Shown: one piece after another, positions 10,212-19,504 of the stretch
How the letters are laid out: each line of letters starts with the position of its first letter
Position numbering within the stretch: position 1 is the stretch's first letter
Assembly (NCBI GenBank): GCA_043228905.1
Contig: JBHGNT010000007.1
Span: forward strand, 4,588,001 to 4,652,000
DNA length: 64,000 nt
Direction: 5' to 3'
From: Azolla caroliniana
Lineage: Eukaryota > Plantae > Polypodiophyta
Program-made: the position numbers and the translations under genes
The notes under the pieces: model-generated
Databases searched by the model: none
The model's input: only the letters and a program-made list of their open reading frames with translations
Told to the model about the DNA's origin: nothing

Positions 10212-12665
10212 TTATGGAGAATCACTACTATAACTAATATACAATGACGATTCCTCCTCATCATCCTCGGATGTACCAATCAGTGCATTATCTTCGTCAT
10301 AAACCAAATGGTTTGACTCTAGATTATATGTAGCAGATCTCGTTTGCCTTTGACTCGAGCCACCTTGTAGACCTGGTAATTTTTCTTTTATTATATCTAT
10401 TGTTGACTTCCTTAATCGTCCGGCTTTTGTAAGTGTGAAGTCGTACACGATGATATCCACATCAGAGATATCAAGGGTCGAGGTGTTACAAATGTTTCGC
10501 TTCCTCTTCCTACCTCCCCTTCTTGTTGGGCATTCAATCATCTCCAATGTATACTTACCTGTAAAAGCATTTGCACTTCTAGTGTTGTACCAATGAACAT
10601 TTATAGACTTGATCGTGTTTTCTATTTCATGCATTAGCACTTCTAGAATTTTACCAACCCAAAATTGGTGGCCATGTGAGTTCTCATCAGCCGGCGTTGC
10701 AATCAACATCCCCGCGGTGAGCTCTTGCAAATTTCCTTGCCATCTAGCTTCGGCTGCTTTGGTCATCCTTGGTCCCACATAAATGTCTCTTTGTTGTGGA
10801 TGGACCAAGTTGTCATTAATCACATTTACTAGTTGCTCCGGAGTTCTATTTACGCGATCATGTTGCAACGACCATGTGAATGGCGTTTCCAAATTCCAAT
10901 TATCAACAGATACACAATTGTCTATAATTTCTTTCTGATCACTATAAAATACATCCCACCATGACGTGTCTTGTTGTGCGGCATATTTCTTGGCGGCCTC
11001 AATATGCTTTCTTTTTTGTTCTAAGGCTTGGAGCCATGACCATTTTTGTTCTGATACCAAATCGCTCTGCGACTGTCCTTTCTTCTCAATTGGCATTTGC
11101 TTAGCTCCATGGACAATTGTACTCGGCATACAAAGTAATAACTGGCAACCACCTTCAAGTTCCCATGTTGTAGAAGATGAATATTGTTTAGCATACAAAA
11201 GTGTAGAACCACTTATTCCATTTTTCTTTATCATAAAAATGTGATTGAAACTTATATTGTTTAACTGAGCAAGCACTTTAACATTCCCACCACCCCCATC
11301 TAATATATATCTCTTCAAGTCATATACCTCCTTCAAGTGTAACACTTTTGGGCGTGGTGTATAAGCATCACAAATGACATCAAATAGTTTAGGTAAAGTG
11401 AAAGCATCATGCCGAGACAACTGTCTGGAGAATGTGCTAAACATCTGATCTATATGGTCATGTGTGTGGCCAACCAAAAGGAAATTGACTTTCACTTTCC
11501 TAAACAATTCTAGGTTGACCAACATACTTAGATAGCCAAATACAGTTGAATTTTTGTTCTCTCTAGCAGTATTGTCCAATTGAATGTATAGAACAAGGGG
11601 GAAAGGTTGGCCCCAAGACATCAAAACTCGGTGAATCACTGTAACTGTTAGGTTAGGGTCATTGTGAACATTGGGGTAAGTAATGAAGACGTGAGGTCGA
11701 ACAGACCTATTATAAGCCAAGCATCCCACCAAGTGCATTTGAACAAGGCACTCATCATTGACATCTTTGGGGAGCCTCCGCATATGCGGCAAGCATGTCT
11801 TCTTCTGGTCCATGCCATCTATCATTAAGCACATGTATTGTTCGGGCCTCTTCAAACACTTCTCTCTATGATGCACCGCCTTCCTTCGTTCTAAGGATTG
11901 TGCCTCACGATGCTCTTGTAGTAACTTCTTACTCGTATCCTTTTCCATTGATGTCTTTGCACCTTTAGCCAAACTTTTAAGATTTGCACAAATGGAGCAA
12001 TACCCCATACGTACTTTACGAGGAATAATAACATTTGAAAACCGAGCTCTCCATAATCTTGTGAATTGGCTATAGGTGATAGACTTATTACGTGAGCCCA
12101 GCATATCAGATCGATAAACATCATAAACTTCCCGACGTGTATAATTATCAGAAAGATGCATCCTACCTGTAGTGGGCATTACTTCACAATTTAACTGAAA
12201 GTAAGTTTTCATCCAGCCAATAGCATGTCTTCCAATTGCACCTTTCATACTTGGAACCTCTTTACAATTGAGCATCTGATCCCCGCTAAGTAGACGTTGT
12301 TGTACTCTATGTAGCCGCATGTTACTAACACATAACGCAATTTTGAATGCAACTCTACATATCTGTTGCGCATGGAAGATATAATACTCGAATGATACTT
12401 TGATCCCCGTACATTTGTCAGATACTAGTTGCATATGTGACCCGAGGTAAGTGTCTTGCTCATCACCGGTCATCGAAAAATAGTATCGCCTTAATTCTCA
12501 CAACTTTGATTTTCCAATCATAGACATACAACCACGGGCACAACATATTTTTTTGACATCAAATCCAATCTGTTTATCTGATGTCACCAAGCTAAATCTA
12601 GCCAGACGAATTCTTCGTGGGATTCTTCTAATATGCATAGGGCTCCCAGATTTCTCTTCCTGCAT
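10212..12665 (-). CDS. Sola1-like (DUF7869-type) DDD transposase; 753-aa ORF from 12473, with the N-terminal extension to 12665 interrupted by an in-frame TGA at 12498-12500
   Basis: CxxC GYCSICANL; acidic triad candidates IDGMDQ, QLDNTARENKN, FLLVGHTHDHIDQMFS; the upstream frame reads ...ICCARGCMSMIGKSKL*ELRRYYFSMTGDEQ. Confidence 0.85.
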
Positions 12666-13337
12666 AGAGGTTGGTGTAACCTTGTTACAGTCTAATAAGC
12701 TCCTCTCTAAACATATACTCCTCTCTAAACATAAACTTCTCTCTAAACAAAAGCCAAATCAATAGAATGTCTATATTATGTAATATTCTATTAATACAAT
12801 ACATCAAAAAATTATTTTTAATAAAGTAATTGTACTTAAAATATCAATTATTATATAAACTAGATCTATATGAAGTTAAATCAAGTAAAATATAAAACTA
12901 ATCATTAACAAGCCATGAATATGTTGGATTAATGTTAAAATCATTGGCTAATTAATGGCACCCATTTTGATATAGAACGTCTCACTCATTGGTTCTTTAA
13001 TGCTCACCATTTTAAATATTAGACTTATCAATCATTGGTTAATTCATGCCAACATCTTTAATACATAGCATTTGAGAGTCATAAAAATTGTTGCGTTTAG
13101 TAATCAATCATTGGTACATTCATGAACCTCTATCATTGTCTCCTTCATAACCTTTGAAGTCATTGCAGGTTGTTATGACTATAAAAGATTGATCAATATG
13201 TTAGTTTGACTTTGTAATCATTAATGCAATCATAAGTTACTCTAGTTAATGTGACTATGGTTACCAACTAACTATCCTCAAAGTTACCAACCTTGGTTAA
13301 GGTGACTATGGTTACTTTAACCAATGTGGTCAATCCC

Positions 13338-13345
13338 TATAAATA
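13338..13345 (+). promoter_or_regulatory. TATA box of the ParB-methyltransferase gene
   Basis: CCCTATAAATAGG about 30 bp before an initiator-like TCACTCAC and about 150 bp before the ATG at 13489. Confidence 0.65.
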
Positions 13346-13372
13346 GGAAGACCTCATCATATTTCACTCACT

Positions 13373-13456
13373 AGAGCGTACAGAGCGTACAGAGCACACA
13401 GAACGTAGAGAGCACAAAAAGCACACAAAGCACACAAAGCACAAAGCACCAAAGCG
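13373..13456 (+). repeat. Degenerate 9-bp tandem repeat in the predicted 5' UTR
   Basis: AGAGCGTAC AGAGCGTAC AGAGCACAC AGAACGTAG AGAGCACAA AAAGCACAC AAAGCACAC... Confidence 0.85.
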
Positions 13457-13488
13457 CGATCTCCGCCTCCACTTCCACACGATCAACC

Positions 13489-16400
13489 ATGTCTTCAAAG
13501 AGAATCGAGCGCGAGGACTCCAGGTAGGCCTCTGACACTGTGGACATTTTTGTAAATATGTTTCGTCGCTCTAGAACTCGATACGCCGTATCGAGTTCAT
13601 GTATACAATACAAACTTTATACATGAACTCGATACGGCGTATCGAGTTCATAATTTGTTTTTGCTTTTTAAACGGGAACTCGATACGGCGTATCGAGTTC
13701 CTATTTAAAACCTAAACATTAAACACGAACTCGATACGCCGTATCGAGTTCGTGTTTAAATTTCAAACTTTAAACGGGAACTCGATACGCCATATCGAGT
13801 TCCCGTTTAAAGTTTAGGATTTAAACAGGAACTCGATACGCCGTATCGAGTTCCTGTATAAAAGAAGGCTCTGAGAGAGAAAATTTGTGTTTTTGGGGTA
13901 ACAAATAATTATGGTGTGGAAAAGATATCAAATTGTCTGGCAAAATCAGTCTTTTTTATGTTGACTTTCCTTACTTTTAAAAAAAAACATGTTCTAATTA
14001 TAGGGGTTTTATGACCTACTTTAGCTTAAAATAGTAGAAAATGATCCACAAATTGCCTTTACGATAGCAAATTCTCCTCAATATAGGTTTGGAATCTATA
14101 TAAGTCATACCTACTATTTAAAAGAATATATAACCCTGTTTACTTATTACGATATATATTTTCTAGGTTGAATAGCCCTACCTATAATAGATTTTTGAAT
14201 ATAGGACTGTTAATGAGAATTGTTCTTCATGTTAATATACAACCTTAATCTACGTGACCACCTAACTTATGTTTTTGCATATACTTTCTTAAATAGGTCG
14301 TTTGAGAACCTGTCGGACCGACCCGTGAAGAAAATAAAGCTTCGCATACAAGGTTCTCCAATCGAAGCCCAGACCAAGGTAGCTCCTGAGACCATGAACA
14401 GAGGGAAAAAGCTTCTCTTTAACGAAGAGACAAAATCTCAGCCACATAGTGATGTTAGCCAAAAGAAACTTGTCGCCGCTACTGGAGGTGAAGACCTTCC
14501 TGACCGAGATCTAACAGACAAGGAATGGTGTATGCAATATGTCGACTCAAGGAAAAAAGTCGTATTGTATACAGCAAAGAAGAAGGGTGAGGGGCAGCTT
14601 GGAAAGGAAACCCCATTTATGTATGGCCGTATTCTACGATTTGACTACGAAGATGCAGATTCGGCCAACATACTGGTAATGATAGAGTGCTCCAAGGGGG
14701 TACGTAAAGTGTTCCTTTCAGAAGACCTTTTAGTAAAGGAATCTTGTGGGCCAGAAGAGTTCAAAAAAGATCTTGAAAGCTCACAAAACCTTATTGTTAC
14801 CTTGAGGCCTTATATACAAGGCCATGTAACTCTAAGAGATGAAGTGCCCTCCCCATTGAAGGCCACAAAAAGGGTATCCAAAGTCCAGTCAAGACCACCA
14901 AAGAAGAAGACAACCAAAATGTCAGATACGGATTCAACAAGTGAAAACGAAGAGGCGGATAATAAGGGGACGCCAGGAGCTGAGCTGGCCTTGGGTGTTT
15001 TGTCATCCGAGCAGAATAAGATAAGGAGAGAGTTAATGCAACGGAAACTGGTCAGGAAAGGGCAAGTGTTTAATTTGCCTATAACACACATCCATCGGCC
15101 CCCTATTGATGAAAAAACATGTCGACGACCACTTGAGATTAGAGAGCCACACCGCATGCATGTTCAAAATCTCAAGAAAAAAACGAAAATTAATCCTCAT
15201 GCCACTGTGGTGCCTTTTATTGTTATGGTAGATCTTGAAGAATGTGAAACCATTGAAGATTTTGATATTAGAAAGCATGATCAATATAACTATTTTGTCA
15301 TTGGCGGATCGCATTCAGTAGAGGCACGTCGGCAACTTGTGAGAGAACATCCAACCACTTTCTTCTTCAAGTATGCCGAGTGCAAAATTTATGTTGGGCT
15401 CACAACCGAAGAGGCTAAGCTGTTGGCATGGGACCATAATAATGATAATGACTATAGGCAGAAAATGTCGTCCATTGAGCGTATACGGTTCTTCCACCAC
15501 GAGTATTTAGACATGAAACAAAAGTTTGGTGTGAAGTTACATCCAGGCCTTCGACGTCAATGTCTGCATGAAGTCGGCATTGTGGTAGATGATAATGTTA
15601 GGTCTGATGGTCTTCGAAAGTATGAGTCTTGGTTTCAATTGGCGTTTAGAGATGGAGAAGTATGGGACCTACAAGATCAAATCTTCTCAATGTGGGAGAA
15701 TAAGGAGGTAAAGGGTCAACGACAAAAGAAATGTAGGGTTGACCCTCAACTAGAGTTAAAGTCACAAGCCGCCAAGAAAATTGACTTGACAATTGAAGAA
15801 GCGGCAGACGACATGAAGCTGTCTCTATGGAGAGCGATGCAAGGTATTAAGGACGAGCAGCTTCTTGTGTCGGTTTTGTCAAGGGTTGTGGCGAAAGATT
15901 TAAGCCTTGAAGAAATGGTCACTGAGTTCAATAAGTAAGTCTTTCAAATACTGAAATTGTAGTCTATCTAGTGTAATTCAAAGTTCTAATCTTGATTTCT
16001 AATTTTACAGTCATAAGGTGTACATGAAGATCCAAGAAGTTATGATGAAACAACTTGGATGTATAACTTGGGAACAAGTGACCAAGGATTATCCTCTAAC
16101 GTCTTCGTATAAGGCGTTATCAGAGTATTTTATTGCATTCAAGAATTGGGTTAGTATTCATGGTTTTTCATTACCCTTTCATCATATGTAGAGCTTGTAT
16201 AATAATACCTGATGTCCTATTGCTTCTATTAGAAACCGTGTCGAGGCAAGAAACAAGGAGAAGTTAAGGATATACACGATTTCCCTACATCCTTCCTTGC
16301 ACATCTCGAGCGAGCCAGAAAAGAAAAGGATCGTCGCTTAGTCAAGGCGTACGAAATGGAGGAAGATGGCTCCTTTAAAAAATTTAGCCACAAAAAAGAT

Positions 16401-17522
16401 ATTACGAGAGATCTTTACTACAATGTGGTTTGCGATAATGTCATCGACTTGATCCAGAAGGTGCCAAAGAAGGAATATACGCTAATGATTGCGGATATTC
16501 CTTACGGATTTCGAATGGTTGGGTCATCATACGACGATGAACCGTTTAGGTTTAAACAATTGGAGAAGATGGTCAAGGATTTCGCTGAGCTAACGACCGC
16601 ATCCTTGTGGCGAATAGTTGTCTTTCATAGTATGGACCAAGGGTACTCGGTAGCTCAAGCTTTGAGATCTCGTTGCCATGGCATCGAGAACCTTGCATGG
16701 TAAGGATTATTTATAGGTGTCTTTCACTATATTGCATTTCGTAAGGTTGTTGAATCTATTCTTAACTCAATGTATTATTTTTTATAGGATCAAGACCAAT
16801 GTAAATAGAGGGCCAACTTTTCGGTTCGTTAATGCCATTGAATACATAACGGTTGGCTACTTCGATGAAATTAAGAAACAGAGAATCAAAGAGCATTCTA
16901 ATGAAGTGGGAGGTTCAAATCTGTTGGTATATCCAGCAGTGACACGGAAATTGCGACATGTCACCACGACAGAACGGGGACTTGTCAACCCATACCAAAA
17001 ACCTCAACGACTTATGATGCGCTTGATCGAGATGTTTTCTGTCGAAGGAGACTGGATATTCGATCTCTTTTCTGGCACAGGTATTCCTCGAACTAGGGTA
17101 ACGATCTTGAGATAACCAATCCCTTTTTTTTCGTTTGACAACTAAATCTTCTTGTTACTTACATCACAGGAACTACGTCTGCATGTGCATTGAAGCTTTT
17201 TAGAAATACAGTTGCATTGGAGAAGGACGAGGACCAAGTTATATTTATTAATATGCGGATTAAGGCTTTGTGGGAGTGCCCAGACCAGGATGAGGAGGTC
17301 GGTGCAAAGAACCTCGCCAATACAGAAAGGTTTCAACCTGCTTCGCGAGAGCCTATTCCTCCGTTAGCCGGCGAACCGGGGGAGCTAATAGAGCTTGATG
17401 ATGAGCTTATAGAAGATATTTCGTTGGCTCGGCTAACAGGGGAAACCAATGCACGTATAGCCGAAGACAGTTCTACACAAGATGATGAAGAAAATGACGT
17501 TGATGAATTGATTGCTATGTAA
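13489..17522 (+). CDS. Six-exon ParB/Srx-like domain + beta-class N6A/N4C DNA methyltransferase fusion (~974 aa); exons 13489-13523, 14297-15934, 16011-16149, 16233-16699, 16788-17080, 17170-17522
   Basis: All five introns are GT-AG and phase-compatible (2925 nt, no internal stop); ParB-like YFVIGGSHSVEARRQL...LAWDHN; MTase motif IV LMIADIPYG, AWIKTN (spliced), NPYQKPQRLMMRLIEMFS, motif I DWIFDLFSGTGTTSACALKLFRNTVALEKD (spliced); order IV...X-I is the beta class. Confidence 0.88.
13574..13853. repeat. Array of six 25-bp palindromes GAACTCGATACG(C/G)CGTATCGAGTTC with 26-bp AT-rich spacers, in intron 1
   Basis: Copies start at 13574, 13625, 13676, 13727, 13778 and 13829 (period exactly 51 bp); only copy 5 has an arm mismatch. 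Confidence 0.97.
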
Positions 17523-17942
17523 TAGACTCTATGAAGAAAATGACACTGACGATTTGTTAAGATTTCACATTATTAATACAAATTTTGGGTTTTACCTAGT
17601 GGATTCTATTCTTTATAATCTTCTATATGTTTCAATTTTATTTTTATATACTTGATTAGTAGATTTATGACATTGGTTTCACCGCGTGCATAGTTGACTA
17701 CCAAACTTATGGAGAAACATGAACTAGTTTAAATTGAGGCTGATTTTGGTCCAAGCTAACCTTAACAGAACATCGCCCTATAATTGTTGCCATGACTGTC
17801 CATGTTGTTATTATGGATCTTTGTCTTCTATTGTTAAAACTATTATGTTTCTATTCCATTGCTGCTTAGATTGTGTAGTGTGTTGATAATGGTTCCAGTT
17901 GCGTTATCGTTCGGAGTTTGATCTTGTGTGAATCACCTAAGC

Positions 17943-18190
17943 AATAGAGTAGATCAATTTTAAATACAGGTATGAAAGCCTAATAGGTTTGTTATTTCCA
18001 CGACATTATCCTAAAGTTCACTGCCTTACATTGTCCACAATTATAAACATATGGTTTGATCCCATATGAACAAACTGAGGAATAGATTAGATCAACTTTA
18101 AATACAAGTATTGAATACTTTAATAAGTTAGTTATTCCAATCACTTATCCTAATGTGCACTATCCTACATTTTCCACAATTACATACATG
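17943..18190 (+). repeat. Degenerate ~105-bp subterminal direct repeat (2 copies)
   Basis: AATAGA(G/T)TAGATCAA(T/C)TTTAAATACA...TTATCCTAA...TACATT(G/T)TCCACAATTA at about 17943 and 18081. Confidence 0.75.
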
Positions 18191-18532
18191 CACGTATGGG
18201 TCAAAGTATAAATTATATCTCATTTTATTAGTATGGATACAAGTACACCTGATATTTTTGTAAAACTTACCTAATTAATATAAGTCTTTAAGTTAGTGTT
18301 TCCCTTGTCGCACAGTATTGACATATTGAGCCATAGTTGAACTTTATTATGCCTACATTAACTTATCAACATGTCTAAACTTGCATGATTTCTAATGATC
18401 TCCACTCGTAGATCTATCATGTATTTTTATATTTGCAAATTCTCATCAAGTTGAGGAACATGTGATACTAGTGCATCCAATTTTTGTAGAGAGGGTGTAT
18501 TTGCTTCGTTTTAAGAAGATTCTACAAGTGGA

Positions 18533-18568
18533 ATGCGCAATCCTTCCACTTGTGAACGCGAACGTGTT
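18533..18568 (-). repeat. Right TIR of the DNA transposon
   Basis: ATGCGCAATCCTTCCACTTGTGAACGCGAACGTGTT followed by the TSD TGAA. Confidence 0.95.
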
Positions 18569-18779
18569 TGAAGTGTCTTCCGTAGACACCCTGTGTTAGG
18601 CCATTGTCCGGCCCTAAGAGTTAACGTCATCTGGCTGGAAGACCGGTGTACTTATCTTTACCCGGTTTGAGGCCCTTCTTGGCCGGTTTATCTTTTCCGG
18701 CGTCGGATTCGCTCCCATCCGACTCAACGTTGTCGGTCTTGTATTCCAGTATCTTCTTCTTCCCCTTCTCTTTGCGTGT

Positions 18780-19435
18780 TGTCGCGAAGTTTTGCGTTCG
18801 CGTGTAGGAAGAGGCGGGACCACGGGGGTCTTGGACCAAGGAGAGAGAGAGTTGCAAATATACAGAAAGAAAATAAGAGCAAGAAACAGGAATCCGATTA
18901 CTATGATCAGTAGCTTACAACTCGAACAATTACAACCGGCAACCCGGTAATGGACCTGACACGGGGTCCTACCCACGCACACAGATGACAACCACAACAC
19001 TCGAAGAAACAAAAAAAGGGGAGGGGGAGAAGAGAGACGGAGAGAGACAGAAAGAGAGAGAGCCTCTGCTGGAAGCACACGGGCTGTCCACGAAGCAGAG
19101 GCAGCGAATGACGATCGGAAGAGAGAGAGCTCGGCCCTCGGTTCTGCAGTAGCACTTCGTCCTTGCCAACGCGCGATCCCTTTTCTTCCTTCTCTCCCTC
19201 CTTAAATAGTTCGCCAAGGGGAGACCCTTCTTCCCTAGTCAAATCGCTTTATTCCCTGTCCCTTTCAACAGAGATACGCACAAATCCCCTAATAAATGTG
19301 TACTACCTAGTATTTACATCAGCCAACCTAATTATGAATTATGTCCAAAATATCAATTCTCGCGTCCGCCTATGTAAGAGCCAGTTCATGCGCCTTTTTC
19401 TCCGATTCCGCCTATGGCCGGTTTTCTTCACGACA
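18780..19435 (-). repeat. 3' LTR of element C
   Basis: Highly similar to 24941-25609; ends TGTCGTGAAG...CTTCGCGACA. Confidence 0.95.
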
Positions 19436-19504
19436 TCCACCCCCACCAAACCGCACATCCACCGGCATGCGTCAGAGACGGGTAGATACCGAAGAAAACC
19501 GGCT

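Larger units (their letters stand above)
9854..18568. mobile_element. Sola-like cut-and-paste DNA transposon (8715 bp) with two divergent genes
   Basis: 36-bp TIRs AACACGTTCGCGTTCACAAGTGGAAGGAT(C/T)GCGCAT, 35/36 identical; 4-bp TSD TGAA at 9850-9853 and 18569-18572; DDD-type transposase; AT-rich relative to the flanking retroelements. Confidence 0.92.

Noticed and set aside
13574-13853. CRISPR array
   Set aside because: The repeat-spacer geometry is similar, but the spacers are AT-rich, mutually related and partly extend the palindromes; there are no cas genes and the array lies in a spliceosomal intron
13489-17522. Bacterial or phage contamination as the source of the MTase
   Set aside because: Five phase-compatible GT-AG introns, a TATA box, and embedding within TIRs/TSD among plant retroelements
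14220-17522. Four separate genes or a frameshifted pseudogene, as the ORF track suggests
   Set aside because: The ORF breaks coincide with splice sites, and splicing gives one uninterrupted frame
18774-18779. 5-bp TSD GCGTG for element C
   Set aside because: It leaves an extra base and breaks the host frame; a 4-bp TSD with one C-to-T change fits better
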